From contig JBBTRR010000006.1 of assembly GCA_038065095.1 (NCBI GenBank), forward strand, positions 84,713-148,712: 64,000 nucleotides of DNA, given 5' to 3'. Made by a program: the position numbers and the translations under genes. Source of the DNA: Patescibacteria group bacterium. Its GTDB lineage: Bacteria > Patescibacteriota > Minisyncoccia > JACQLN01. Below are positions 9,916-20,740 of this stretch, piece by piece. Every line of letters begins with the position of its first letter. Positions within the stretch are counted from its first letter, which is position 1. The notes beneath the pieces were generated by a model, which was given only the letters and a program-made list of their open reading frames with translations, was not told the DNA's origin and made no database searches.

Positions 9916-12645
9916 TCATTTTAGCAAACCTCGTTTGTGCATAAATATCCACTTGCTTAACTCTATCAAAATTAAATTTACAATTCCTGCGCAAATAATA
10001 ACAACCCATTCTAAAAACCCAATGGCTTGCAAACCCAAAAACCTACTTAATGGCGGTAAATAAATAGCTATAATTAAAACCAATAAACTAGCCAACACCG
10101 ATGCTAAAAAATATTTGTTGGCAAAAAACGAAACTTCCCAAAAAGTCTTTTTAAAACTTTTTACAGAAAAAGCCGAGAATATAGCAATCACTCCAAAGCC
10201 AGCAAAAACAATACTGCTAGCATAATTATAACTTTCAAACGAGTACCCAAAAAATAAAAACAGACCCATAAGCATGCCCGTGCTAGTTAGCCCAATTATT
10301 AACACTAAAAATTTAGCAAAGCTATCTAAAATAGATTTTTTGGTTTCTTGAGGTTTAAAGGTCATTATATCTTTCTCCGCCATATCAAGTGAAAGAGCAA
10401 TAAGAGAAGGTAAAACACCAATCAAATTAACCCACAAAATTTGAACAACCGTTATTAATAAAGGTAGTTTAAAAATTAAAGAAAAACTAATCAAAACTAT
10501 TTCTATCAAACTGATACTTAAAAGATAGGCTGTAACTTTTTTAATGTTTTCTAAAACAACTCTACTTTCTTTAATAGCTCTTATTAAAGAAGAGAAACTA
10601 TTTTCTAAAAGAATCACGCTAGAAACTTCTCTAGCTGAATCAGTCCCACTAGCCAAAGATATACCTATACTAGCCTTATAAATAAAAGAGGTATCATTAA
10701 CACCTTCTCCAATAGCTAAAACAGTATTACTCTGACTCTGCCAAGCTTCTACTATTTTATTTTTTTGTTCTGGAATTATCCTACTAAAAATATCTATATC
10801 TTTTACTCTTTGGTTAAAATCTTTAGTATCAATTAAATTAAGATCTTTACCCTCTAAAACTTCTGGATTTTTTTTACTTTTAGAAAAAAAATTAATTTCT
10901 TTAGCCACCAAACGAGCCGTGGCAGTATGGTCTCCTGTTACCATAACCGTTCTTATACCAGCACTATGACATAAAAACACAGAATCTTTTATGTTATTTT
11001 TTATACCATCTTTTAAGCCAATCAAACCCACTAAATTCAATTGAAAAACCGTATTTTGCAAAATTGTTTCCATATCTTTATTTTGTAAAGTATTTTTGTT
11101 CTCAATTTTTTTTGAACACACCGCTAAAACACTGTGTCCGCTACGTGCCAGAGCATCTATTGAATCTTTAATTGTGGCAACTTCAAAAGTACTGATACTT
11201 TCATATCTATTTAACACCTGAATTCTTTTTATATGACTCAATAAAACATCGGCGGCGCCAACAATAATAGCCCAGACTTCACCACTTTCATTCTCTCTAA
11301 AAGATATTCCAAATTTTCTTTGGCTATTAAAATAAACCTGTCCTAATTTTTTAAAACTCTTATTTAATTTTTTAAAATCCAAACCCGCTTTAAGAGCTTC
11401 GCAAACCAAAGCCTTATCTATAGCGCTACCTTTTAATATCCATTCAGTTGGTTCTTTATCTAAGTTTTCTATAACAACTTCGGAAGCTAATAAACCATAA
11501 GATAAAGATAAATTTCTATTAGCCAAATATTCTGGAGTTGAATCCATTTCTAATATTCCACCCCTTTTTTCTGGCGTAAGTATTTTGCTTATGTATATAT
11601 TACCTTCTGTTAATATTCCTGTTTTATCCGTTAAAATAACAGATGTTCTTCCAAGAATTTCTACCGCAGCTAAATTTTTAACTAAGCATCCTTCTTTTAA
11701 AATACGTCTAGCGCCAATAATTAATATAATAGTGACTGCACGGAATAAACTTTCGGGAATAATAGCAATTGCCATAACTACCACTATTAAGAACGTATTT
11801 TTAATATCCCAAACTAAAAAATAAGATAATAAGAAAGCTAGTAAACTAAAAAGAATAACTCCCAAACCTATATACTGATTTAACCTATATACTTTCTTTT
11901 CAAACGGAGTTCGATTTATTATTGTTCTTTTAGATAAATTATTTATTTTGCCTATTTCGGAATTATCCCCTATACCAAAAACTACAGCCTCGCCAGAACC
12001 ATCAATCACTGTTGTGCCAGCAAAAACGATATTGGTTTTTTGAGCTATATTTGTATTAATGGGTAATATATATGATAATTTATCAACTTCTTTAAGCCCA
12101 CAAGTTAATATACTTTCGTTAGTTTTAAGATTAAAACTATTTATAATTCTGGCGTCCGCTGGAATTTTATCCCCAAGTTTAATAAAAATTATATCACCGG
12201 GCACAACGTCGAAAGATGGTAAAAAAACATAATTTCCATCTCGCAACACTAAAGAGTTTTGAGTTTCTGATTTCTTTAAACTTTCCAAGATTTTTCTAAC
12301 ACTATATTCTTTAAAAAAACCTACTAAGCCACTAATAAAAGCAACTATTAAAATAACAATTGAATCTTTTTCATTATTCAAATAAAAAGTTACCCCAGCA
12401 CAAAAGATAAGGATTAGTACAAACGGGCTTACCAACTGACGTAAAAAAATCTGCCATAAAAACTTTGTTTTTTTATAACTAATTTTATTTAAACCAACTT
12501 TCTGCAATCTTTTTTCCGCTTCAACCGTGGACATCCCATCTCTTTTAGAATTTAGACGCAAAAAAACATCACCCAAAGGCAAGCTATGCCAAGGGATTTC
12601 TGTTAATAAAGATTGTTTTTTAGCGTTGTTATATGGTGGCATCAT
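9916..12645 (-). CDS. Cation-transporting P-type ATPase-like protein with degenerate catalytic motifs
   Basis: DKTGILT, VPGDI, KIPADAR, MVTGDH, QILWVNL; TGES and GDGxND motifs are altered. Confidence 0.85.
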   Translation of the reverse strand: MMPPYNNAKKQSLLTEIPWHSLPLGDVFLRLNSKRDGMSTVEAEKRLQKVGLNKISYKKTKFLWQIFLRQLVSPFVLILIFCAGVTFYLNNEKDSIVILIVAFISGLVGFFKEYSVRKILESLKKSETQNSLVLRDGNYVFLPSFDVVPGDIIFIKLGDKIPADARIINSFNLKTNESILTCGLKEVDKLSYILPINTNIAQKTNIVFAGTTVIDGSGEAVVFGIGDNSEIGKINNLSKRTIINRTPFEKKVYRLNQYIGLGVILFSLLAFLLSYFLVWDIKNTFLIVVVMAIAIIPESLFRAVTIILIIGARRILKEGCLVKNLAAVEILGRTSVILTDKTGILTEGNIYISKILTPEKRGGILEMDSTPEYLANRNLSLSYGLLASEVVIENLDKEPTEWILKGSAIDKALVCEALKAGLDFKKLNKSFKKLGQVYFNSQRKFGISFRENESGEVWAIIVGAADVLLSHIKRIQVLNRYESISTFEVATIKDSIDALARSGHSVLAVCSKKIENKNTLQNKDMETILQNTVFQLNLVGLIGLKDGIKNNIKDSVFLCHSAGIRTVMVTGDHTATARLVAKEINFFSKSKKNPEVLEGKDLNLIDTKDFNQRVKDIDIFSRIIPEQKNKIVEAWQSQSNTVLAIGEGVNDTSFIYKASIGISLASGTDSAREVSSVILLENSFSSLIRAIKESRVVLENIKKVTAYLLSISLIEIVLISFSLIFKLPLLITVVQILWVNLIGVLPSLIALSLDMAEKDIMTFKPQETKKSILDSFAKFLVLIIGLTSTGMLMGLFLFFGYSFESYNYASSIVFAGFGVIAIFSAFSVKSFKKTFWEVSFFANKYFLASVLASLLVLIIAIYLPPLSRFLGLQAIGFLEWVVIICAGIVNLILIELSKWIFMHKRGLLK

Positions 12646-12690
12646 TATGATACTAGCACACCAAATATAACAAAAGATGTGGAATAAATG

Positions 12691-12765
12691 TGGTCCCAAC
12701 GAGATTCGAACTCGTGTTTTCGCCGTGAGAGGGCGACGTCCTAAACCAGGCTAGACGATAGGACC
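12691..12765 (-). tRNA. tRNA-Glu(CTC)
   Basis: GGTCCTATCGTCTAG...TCGCC-CTCTCAC-GGCGA...GTTCGAATC...GGGACCA cloverleaf. Confidence 0.93.
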
Positions 12766-12774
12766 TTAAAAATT

Positions 12775-12924
12775 TCTAATTTCCAATATCTAATTTCTAA
12801 ATAAATTCTAAATAATTTTTAAATTACAATCTTCCAAAAGATCAAAAGCTATTTAAAGCATAGTGATTTGAGATTTGTTTAGAGTTTAGTGCTTAGGATT
12901 TAGAGTTTGATTAGTAATTGGTAA
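12775..12924. repeat. TCTAAT/ATTAGA-type roughly 7-mer periodic hairpin repeats
   Basis: Imperfect inverted arrays; similar arrays at 9843-9915 and 17393-17504. Confidence 0.7.
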
Positions 12925-14187
12925 TTAGGTATTAGATATTGCTTCTACTATCTGCTCCATCTTAACCGAACGAGAACCTTTTATCAACACAACATCACCT
13001 TCCTGTAAAACTTTTTGGACTGCCTTATATGCTTCTTCCGAGGTTCTAAACCAGAACAAATTTTCGCCTAGCTTCTTTTTTTGTTTTTCGGCTTCTTCTT
13101 TGGCAAAAACCATTTCTTCGCCTACCAAAAATAAAACCTTAGCAACCTTAGAAGCGTCCTTACCAATCAAGCGATGAGCTTCTTCTGTATTAACGCCAAG
13201 TTCTTTCATACTACCCAAAACCGCAATCCACCTATTATTTTTAAATTTAGATAAAAGTTCTAAGGCCGCTTCACAAGCCACAGGCGAAGAATTGTAAGAA
13301 TCATCTATTACAATACTATTTTTAATTCCACCTAAAATTTGTAATCTATGTTCCGGCGATTTAAATTTTTCTAACGCTTTAGCCATATTTTTTAAAGATA
13401 TTTTAAAGACTCGTCCAACTGCTACAGCAGCCAACATAGCATAAAGAGTCGGTAATCCAATTGTTTTTAAAACCTTAAAATCTTCTATTTTACCTGAATC
13501 TCTATCTTCTATTTTAAACTCCATGCCAGAATCTTTAATTTCTGCTGGTTTTGTTGGAATATTATAAGAAAAACTGGAAAGTTGTATTTCCGCACCGGCT
13601 TGAAAACCATAATATAATCTTTGTCTGCCAGATGGCACCCGATCTCTTAACTCACGAACCGACATATCGTCGTAATTTAAAATAGCTAAGCCATTTGGTT
13701 TTAAACTTTTTAAAATATTAACCTTTTCACTTATATATTCGTCGCGTTCTAGAAAAAATTCTAAATGCACCGGCATTTCACCTATGGCGGTAACCACCGC
13801 TATATCGGAATTAATAAAAGAAGTTAAATAAGCAATATCGCCAGGCTTATCGGCAGCCATTTCTAAAATTAAAATCTCTGGATATTTATTATCTTTAGAA
13901 AAAATCAATTTTAAAGCGCCATATAAATTTTTTGCCCATAAGTAAACATTTTTTTGGGCATCTACACCACCAATTATTGTTAAGGGCACGCCTATTTCTG
14001 TATTTAAATTTTTTTCGTTGGCTCTAACTTTATTAGGGAAAGAATAATTTAAAACAGTTTTTATTGCCTCTTTAGCTGAAGACTTGCCAACCGAACCAGT
14101 AATAGCAATTACTTTGGGTTTATACTTGGCTAAGATAGCGATACTTAGTATACGAAGAATATATTGAATAATTTTGCGTTGAGACAT
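12925..14187 (-). CDS. murF: UDP-MurNAc-tripeptide--D-Ala-D-Ala ligase (MurF-like)
   Basis: ITGSVGKSS, NTEIGVPLT, IDDSYNSSP, LGSMKELG, IKGSR; in the dcw cluster. Confidence 0.9.
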   Translation of the reverse strand: MSQRKIIQYILRILSIAILAKYKPKVIAITGSVGKSSAKEAIKTVLNYSFPNKVRANEKNLNTEIGVPLTIIGGVDAQKNVYLWAKNLYGALKLIFSKDNKYPEILILEMAADKPGDIAYLTSFINSDIAVVTAIGEMPVHLEFFLERDEYISEKVNILKSLKPNGLAILNYDDMSVRELRDRVPSGRQRLYYGFQAGAEIQLSSFSYNIPTKPAEIKDSGMEFKIEDRDSGKIEDFKVLKTIGLPTLYAMLAAVAVGRVFKISLKNMAKALEKFKSPEHRLQILGGIKNSIVIDDSYNSSPVACEAALELLSKFKNNRWIAVLGSMKELGVNTEEAHRLIGKDASKVAKVLFLVGEEMVFAKEEAEKQKKKLGENLFWFRTSEEAYKAVQKVLQEGDVVLIKGSRSVKMEQIVEAISNT

Positions 14188-14258
14188 AAATAAAAAATAA
14201 AAGTGTGAAAATTAAAATGACAGATTAAAATTTAAAATTAAATTTTAATATTTAATAT

Positions 14259-16013
14259 TTAATTTTTGATATTGTTTTGTAAGGCTTCATCTGGTATCAC
14301 GTTTAAATAATGTAAAATATATTCCCCTACATTTTTAAACACAGGTGCGGCAGTGGATTCCGAAAACCTTGCTCCTTGAGGATTATCTAGCCTAATTAAC
14401 ATAACAAAAGCGGGATTATAAGCTGGGCTATAGCCTATGAACGTATGTATGGTTTTATCGCCGTAGCCTGCCGCGTTTGATGCAGATACCTGCGCTGTGC
14501 CTGTTTTACCAGCCACTGAATACCCAGGAATTCTAGCATATTTTCCACTGCCGTTTTCCACCACCCCCACTAACATCTTAGTTAAAGTTTCACTGGTTGA
14601 TTGTTTAATAACACGATGTCTTACTTCTTTTTTGTTTTCTAGAACCAATTTATTTTCACCAGTAGAATTATCTATTATTTTTTCTACAATATATGGCTTT
14701 AAAAGTTCACCACCATTAGCAATAGCAGCAATAGCCGTGGTCATAGCAATGGGAGTTACCGAAATACCTTGTCCAAACGAAGAAGTTAACCAATCAATCT
14801 CTACTCCGCTTTTTAAATTTCTAATATCTCCCCTAGCTTCACCCGACAACGTTATGCCAGTCTTTTCAGAAAAACCAAAATTATTAATATATTCACGCCA
14901 AACGCCTTGCGGTATCCGCCGTAAAACAAAAATAACACCAGTATTTAAAGATTTTTCTAAAACCTGTGCCATATTTTGTTCGCCCCAAGATTGAAGCGTA
15001 GAATTTCTTATGGTAAAACCATCCACATTAACTTCGCCCGAATCGTAATATTTAAGATCCGGCGAAACTACATTTATATCTAAAGCCGAAGCCATAGTTA
15101 TTGGCTTAAAAATAGAACCGGGTTCAAAAACAAGTTGTATGTTTGAATTTAAAAATTGCGAAACATTCTTAACTTCGTTATATTTATTTGGGTCAAAATT
15201 AGGTAGCGCTGTCATAGCTAGTATTGCGCCAGTTTTAGGATCCATAACAATACCACTAGCGCCTTCTGCGGAAAATTTTTCTAACGCAATTTTTAATTCT
15301 TTTTCTAATGTTCGTTGAATATTATAATCTATTGTTAAATACACATCGTTACCATTTATGGCTTTAGTAACTTGTGAAAGCGATAGCACTAAAGACCCTA
15401 AAGCTTTTTTAACTCCAGCCACATAGCCTAATTCGCCTTTTAATTCTTTATCAAAATAACCTTCCAAACCATATTGACCAGATCTAGACCCATCGCTTGA
15501 AACTGTCTTGGTAACAAAACCAATTGTTCTAGAAGCTAGATCGTTTAAAGGATAATACCTATCTTGAAAAGCTTTCCAATGAACACCTTTAAAACCTAGT
15601 GCTTTAATTTCTAAAATAGAATCTTTTTCAACCTTATCTTTTATTGGTTCGTAAGGATCATTTTCCTTATTAATTCTTTCTAGAATTATTTCTTTGTCCA
15701 CCTTTAAAAGTTCTGCTAACTTATTTGCAACTTCTTCTCTTTGTTCTAATGGAATATCCTTAGGGGCAACCCAAACATTATACCAAGTGCTAGTTAAAGC
15801 TACTGGTATAATGTTTTCCGAATTTTTTAAATAAATACTTCCCCTTTCTGGTAAAACCACATCTGCAATTCTTTGTTGCTGTCTAGCAGCTTCTTGATAA
15901 TCGGAACCTTTAAAAATTTGTAAATAAAAAAGCCGGCCTAGGGCCGATAAAAATAAAAAAATAAACAACGCCTCAATGAACAAAACTCGCTTCCTGTTTA
16001 TACTTCCTCCCAT
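14259..16013 (-). CDS. ftsI: Class B penicillin-binding protein (FtsI/PBP2-like)
   Basis: N-terminal TM; EPGSIFK (SxxK), SLN (SxN) and KTGT motifs. Confidence 0.88.
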   Translation of the reverse strand: MGGSINRKRVLFIEALFIFLFLSALGRLFYLQIFKGSDYQEAARQQQRIADVVLPERGSIYLKNSENIIPVALTSTWYNVWVAPKDIPLEQREEVANKLAELLKVDKEIILERINKENDPYEPIKDKVEKDSILEIKALGFKGVHWKAFQDRYYPLNDLASRTIGFVTKTVSSDGSRSGQYGLEGYFDKELKGELGYVAGVKKALGSLVLSLSQVTKAINGNDVYLTIDYNIQRTLEKELKIALEKFSAEGASGIVMDPKTGAILAMTALPNFDPNKYNEVKNVSQFLNSNIQLVFEPGSIFKPITMASALDINVVSPDLKYYDSGEVNVDGFTIRNSTLQSWGEQNMAQVLEKSLNTGVIFVLRRIPQGVWREYINNFGFSEKTGITLSGEARGDIRNLKSGVEIDWLTSSFGQGISVTPIAMTTAIAAIANGGELLKPYIVEKIIDNSTGENKLVLENKKEVRHRVIKQSTSETLTKMLVGVVENGSGKYARIPGYSVAGKTGTAQVSASNAAGYGDKTIHTFIGYSPAYNPAFVMLIRLDNPQGARFSESTAAPVFKNVGEYILHYLNVIPDEALQNNIKN

Positions 16014-16032
16014 TATATTCCTAAACTAACTT

Positions 16033-16353
16033 TTAATGCTTGATTTCGGCCAAAGATACAACAGCAGAAACTGCCTTATTAGAACGTATATCTATATAGC
16101 CGTTAGCCAAACTTATTTCCACCAATTTTAACCCAACAGCCGAAGCAGATAAAGCCTCAACCCCCTCGGTTTGGGCTAATTTCGTTAAAAGATTCCCATA
16201 CACTTCTTTAGCCTCTAATTGACGACGTGATAATTCGTCAATTTTAAAATCTAAAGAAGTAGCCAGGCCCGAAAATAAAATATAAACTACCAAAAATAAA
16301 AACAAAAAACCAGTTAAAATAACTTCTAGTTTGTTTATTAAAATATTTTTCAT
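16033..16353 (-). CDS. FtsL-like membrane coiled-coil protein
   Basis: TM plus coiled coil at the ftsL position between rsmH and ftsI. Confidence 0.6.
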   Translation of the reverse strand: MKNILINKLEVILTGFLFLFLVVYILFSGLATSLDFKIDELSRRQLEAKEVYGNLLTKLAQTEGVEALSASAVGLKLVEISLANGYIDIRSNKAVSAVVSLAEIKH

Positions 16354-17390
16354 TTCTTTTTAATTGCTCTTAACTTCGCACTTCTTGATCTGGTATTTGC
16401 TGTTACTTCTTCTTCCGTAGCTATAACCGGTTTTTTTGTTAAAACAACTCCTTCGTTTAATTCTTTTTTCTCGTTAAAAAAGTTTTTTACTATTCTGTCC
16501 TCTAACGAATGAAACGATATAACAACTAAGCGCCCATTCGGCTTTAATATTTTCCAAGCACCTTCTAGCCCCTTTTTTATATTTTCTAATTCGTTATTAA
16601 CTGCAATTCGTAATGCTTGAAAAATTCTAGAATAGGTTTTAACTCTGTATCCCAAAACAACACCATCTATGACCATAACAAGCTCCTTGGTAGTTAAAAT
16701 CCTTCTGTGCTTTCTTGCTTCTGTAATGGCTTTCGCAATTTTTCTAGAATCCCTTTCCTCACCAAATTCTTTAAAAATTCTTTCCAGTTCATTTTCCGAC
16801 CAACCATTGACTATATCCGCGGCCGTTGTCCCACCTATCGAAGTCTCACTTCGATAGGAATAACGCATATCCAACGGTTCGTCTTTTGTATAAGAAAAAC
16901 CTCGGCCAGATTCATCTATATGAAAAGATCTAAACCCAAAATCAAACAACACACCATCAACACCATCCGGAAAATATTGTTTAGAAAAATTTTCTATTTC
17001 GGCAAAATTTTCATTTTCTAAAAACAATCTACCCTGAAAATCTTTTGAAAGACTTGCCCTGAGTTTATCGAAGGGTTCAGGCTCGATGCCAGACCAGCTA
17101 AGCCCCACTTCGCTCGAAGAACTACGAGGGACAAGCGGTTCGGACGCTTTTAAATACGCCGATCCGGTATCGAGTCTAAACCCTAAACTTGCCCTGAGCG
17201 ACTTGTCCCGAGCTTGATCGAGGGAAGTCGAAGGGTCTAAATCTATACCTAACAACCTACCTTCTGGCGATGTTAATTTTAAAATCTCTTGGGCATGCCC
17301 ACCCTCACCAAAAGTTGCATCTATAAAATCTTCATCTGGTTGCGGATTAAGATATTCAATAACTTCTTTTAAAAGGACTGGAATATGCAT
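16350..17390 (-). CDS. rsmH: 16S rRNA m4C1402 methyltransferase RsmH with an in-frame repeat-derived insert of about 60 aa
   Basis: MHIPVLL, DATFGEGGH, RIFQALRIAVN, ISFHSLEDR, RSRSAKLR. Confidence 0.95.
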   Translation of the reverse strand: MHIPVLLKEVIEYLNPQPDEDFIDATFGEGGHAQEILKLTSPEGRLLGIDLDPSTSLDQARDKSLRASLGFRLDTGSAYLKASEPLVPRSSSSEVGLSWSGIEPEPFDKLRASLSKDFQGRLFLENENFAEIENFSKQYFPDGVDGVLFDFGFRSFHIDESGRGFSYTKDEPLDMRYSYRSETSIGGTTAADIVNGWSENELERIFKEFGEERDSRKIAKAITEARKHRRILTTKELVMVIDGVVLGYRVKTYSRIFQALRIAVNNELENIKKGLEGAWKILKPNGRLVVISFHSLEDRIVKNFFNEKKELNEGVVLTKKPVIATEEEVTANTRSRSAKLRAIKKK

Positions 17391-17504
17391 ACCAATTTCT
17401 AAAATCTAATTTCTAATCAAATCCCAATGTCTAATGATTAAGTTTGAAATTAGATATTTAAAATTAGTCATTGATTAGATATTAGTAATTAGACATTAGT
17501 TATT

Positions 17505-17939
17505 CTAGTAGATTCCCAACTCTCCCAACTTCTCTGCTATCTCTGGTGTCGCCTTTTCTGAATTCTTTTTATATTCATTCCAATTCTCCTCGTCCCAAAT
17601 TTCCAACCTATTAAACAAACCCGCTATAACTACATTCTTTTTTAAACTAGCAAAATCTTTTAAATAATCTGGAATCAAAACTCTCCCCAAAGAATCAATT
17701 TCAACATCGGTGGCGCCTGCCAACATCGTTCTTACAAAACTTCTGGTACCAGCTTGCCCTACTGGTAATTTTGAAAGCTTACTAGCAAGTTCTTCCCATT
17801 CTTTCATAGGATATAAAACCAAAGAATTATCCAAACTCTTTGTTAACACCGCCACCTCGCCAATCTTTTTCCTAAACTTAGCTGGCACCGCTAATCTTCT
17901 TTTGGCATCAATTGTATGGCGATATTCTCCGATGAACAT
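17505..17939 (-). CDS. mraZ: Transcriptional regulator MraZ
   Basis: MFIGEYRHTIDAKRR and IDSLGR duplicated AbrB motifs; EIWD. Confidence 0.95.
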   Translation of the reverse strand: MFIGEYRHTIDAKRRLAVPAKFRKKIGEVAVLTKSLDNSLVLYPMKEWEELASKLSKLPVGQAGTRSFVRTMLAGATDVEIDSLGRVLIPDYLKDFASLKKNVVIAGLFNRLEIWDEENWNEYKKNSEKATPEIAEKLGELGIY

Positions 17940-17976
17940 GACGAGTTTTTGTTTATCCACTGTTTAGCTTACTTGT

Positions 17977-18002
17977 ACACACTATTATCCACAATCTCCC
18001 AC
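17977..18002 (-). promoter_or_regulatory. Probable MraZ-binding direct repeats
   Basis: GTGGGA-N4-GTGGAT-N4-GTGTGT at 10-bp spacing upstream of mraZ. Confidence 0.55.
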
Positions 18003-18163
18003 TTCGTTAACCCTGTACTCCACATTTTAAACTTTAATTTACACGAACACAACAAGCACCTATTTATCCACAAAGTGGGAAACTAAAAACTCGCGCATAG
18101 AATGCGCGAGTTTTTATCCCTTTTCTTTCCCTTTTTAACCCCCTTAATCCCTTTTGTCTCCTG

Positions 18164-18234
18164 TGGACCTGGGGAGAATCGGACTCCCATCTGCCGGATG
18201 CAAACCGGCTGCTCTACCACTAAGCTACAGGCCC
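18164..18234 (-). tRNA. tRNA-Ala(TGC)
   Basis: GGGCCTGTAGCTTAG...GCCGG-TTTGCAT-CCGGC...CAGGTCCA; G3:U70 pair present. Confidence 0.9.
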
Positions 18235-18277
18235 AATAGGCCTTAGCTTAGCATATTTACAAAATTTCTCAATTACT

Positions 18278-20683
18278 TTACTTACTAGGAACCCCTTTTG
18301 TCTCCTGTGCTTTAAGAGAACTTGGCGGGGTAGCTGGCTGTGGTGGCACGCCTAGTGCTGGCAAACCCTGTTCTAAATTCGCAATTATTTGAGCAATCAA
18401 TTTGTTATCCGGATTGGTGGACTTTAATATCTTAAAGTTTTCTAACGCTTCTTTTTTGGCGCCTGCCTTATCTTGTATCAAAGCCAAAAAATATCTGGCA
18501 TTAGCATAATTCGGATTCAACTTTAGTGCTTCTTCCAAAACCCCATTTGATTTAGCAACTAAATCTTTATCGGCCACAGCTTGCTGATTAAATAAACTAG
18601 ATTTAATCAAATACAACTGGCCTAATTGAGTTTTTATAAACGGATTGATTGGTTCTAACACCATAGCCTTCTCGTAACTTTGAATAGCTAAGTCTTCCGA
18701 ACCCTGCACTAATGGCACTAGGTTCCTGTAAGATTCACCCGCCTCTACCATTATATCTACATTATTAGAATCTAATCTGCCGGCTTGTTGAACCGCATTT
18801 ATTGTTCTTACGGTTAAGTTTTGAATCAGTGTTGATTCCTCTGCTTTGGGTTGTCGCTCTTGACCCGTGCGAGCATTAATTTCTGCAAAAACATCGTTTA
18901 ACTTTTGAAACAAAACTTGCGAAAGCACTCTAAAATATCTTACTTCGTACGGATTATCTATTATAGATGAATACACGCCATTTAAAACCTCATCTCTTTT
19001 TTCTGCCCCGAACGGAGTCGAGGGGTTACCATCATCTTTATTGGCTGACGCATTTGATAACATTACTGTTTTAGCAAAATTATTTTCTGCCAGCCATCTT
19101 CGTACAGAAAAATATAGCCCACCCAAAGTTGCCGTAAGCAAAACCAGCAAAACAAAAAATATAGCCAATGTTTTAGCCGAACCCTGCTGAAACCTGTAGC
19201 TCCACCCCATTTCTCCCGTTTCATCCCTTTTCGTCCCATTTAGAATAATTAATACTGGCAAAAACCAAAACATAAATTCTAGTGGTAAAGAGGTTGTATA
19301 AAAAAACTTAGTTGTAAGAATAAAAACCCAGCTGGCTAGTAAGCCAGTTTCGACTTCTGATGTCGTAACTCTCCGAAACGCATAACCCAAAAAGGTTAAA
19401 ATAAACACGAGAAGTGCTAATGTTCCAAAAAATCCTGTAGTAGTAGCCCAAGTAATTATTTCCGAAACAGAATCACTAAAGTTCACGCCCCAATAATTTG
19501 TTTGATTAAGCGAGGCATCCTTAAACTTGGCGTAAACATAAGGATAGGTTTCTAAACCCGAACCGAACACAGGTTTCTCTTTCAAATTTTTTGCCAAAAT
19601 ATCAAAGCTAGCCGAATACGAAGGATTTATTTCGCTAGGCAAATTTAAATCTTTAATTTGAGGTGCTGATATAAGCCACATCAAAACAGAAAATATAACT
19701 ACGCCCAAAGGTAGCAAAACTTTTTGTTGATAAGAACCCACCATTTCCCCCATTTGTTCCCCTTTCTTGAATCCCATAAGAATTAAAAACAAAGCCGAAG
19801 CAATCAAACCAATCCAGCCTACTCTGAAATCAACTATTATAGATACAACTAATTGAGAAACTAGAACCAAAGCCAAAGCAACTTTAATTTTTTTATCTAT
19901 TCGGCTTTGGATCAAGCACCATAGTAATGGCGAAACCGAAAGCACAAATAAGGCAAGAGCAAACGGGCTACCAACAGTGTTAAATAATCTTGATTTATAT
20001 ATATCCATCGGCAAAATATATACGCCAAAAAATTGTAGTAAAGCAAAAAATCCTGCCAAAAAAGAACTGGTTACCCATAAAATAACTGCAATATTAACAT
20101 CTTTCTTATTAAAATTTTGAAAAGCCACCAAGGCTATAGCTAGGTATGAAAGTATAGAAAGACCAGCCGAAGAATATCTGCCGGCATCGCCCAAAAAACT
20201 AACCCAAAAAGAACTAGAAAAAACAGAACCAAAAACAGCAGTTAGGATTACAAGCACCAACGGCCACAGAATAATATTTTTACGCCAAGATAATTTTCCG
20301 GAAGCCACTGTCTTACCAACCCACGAAACCAAACCAACCAAAGCCAAAGTAGAAAGTAAAAATTGCTTTGGCAAATTCAAAATATCGGAAGAACTGAAAA
20401 ACAAAAGCGGAGTTAAAAATATAGATGCATACACAGCTATTTTAGATAAAAAATCAAAAAACATTTCACCGCCACTTTTTTTGCCATCCCAAGGCTGGTC
20501 AGCCATGGGCTGATGAGGATTGGCTTCTATCATAGGTAGTGGGGAGACAGGCGGAAAGCTATACCCCATTTCCCCCTTTCTTCCCATTAACCCCTTTTCT
20601 TCTACTGGCGCAGAGACCTGCGCAAGCATAGCTTGCGCCTTTTTTTCTTCTAATTCTTTTAGTATATTTGGTGGAATTTCCAT
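18278..20683 (-). CDS. Multi-pass membrane protein, O-antigen ligase-like, with C-terminal TPR repeats
   Basis: Many TM segments, PVFGSGLETY loop, TPR-like YEKAMVLEP and ALKLNPNYANARYFLA. Confidence 0.7.
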   Translation of the reverse strand: MEIPPNILKELEEKKAQAMLAQVSAPVEEKGLMGRKGEMGYSFPPVSPLPMIEANPHQPMADQPWDGKKSGGEMFFDFLSKIAVYASIFLTPLLFFSSSDILNLPKQFLLSTLALVGLVSWVGKTVASGKLSWRKNIILWPLVLVILTAVFGSVFSSSFWVSFLGDAGRYSSAGLSILSYLAIALVAFQNFNKKDVNIAVILWVTSSFLAGFFALLQFFGVYILPMDIYKSRLFNTVGSPFALALFVLSVSPLLWCLIQSRIDKKIKVALALVLVSQLVVSIIVDFRVGWIGLIASALFLILMGFKKGEQMGEMVGSYQQKVLLPLGVVIFSVLMWLISAPQIKDLNLPSEINPSYSASFDILAKNLKEKPVFGSGLETYPYVYAKFKDASLNQTNYWGVNFSDSVSEIITWATTTGFFGTLALLVFILTFLGYAFRRVTTSEVETGLLASWVFILTTKFFYTTSLPLEFMFWFLPVLIILNGTKRDETGEMGWSYRFQQGSAKTLAIFFVLLVLLTATLGGLYFSVRRWLAENNFAKTVMLSNASANKDDGNPSTPFGAEKRDEVLNGVYSSIIDNPYEVRYFRVLSQVLFQKLNDVFAEINARTGQERQPKAEESTLIQNLTVRTINAVQQAGRLDSNNVDIMVEAGESYRNLVPLVQGSEDLAIQSYEKAMVLEPINPFIKTQLGQLYLIKSSLFNQQAVADKDLVAKSNGVLEEALKLNPNYANARYFLALIQDKAGAKKEALENFKILKSTNPDNKLIAQIIANLEQGLPALGVPPQPATPPSSLKAQETKGVPSK

Positions 20684-20740
20684 TGTTTTTTATTAAAATA
20701 GTTTAAATTTTACTTAATTATAGTATATCTTTACTTAATT

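Noticed and set aside
17953-18072. TTATCCACA DnaA boxes indicating oriC
   Set aside because: Only two or three matches, overlapping probable MraZ repeats; no dnaA or clear unwinding region nearby.
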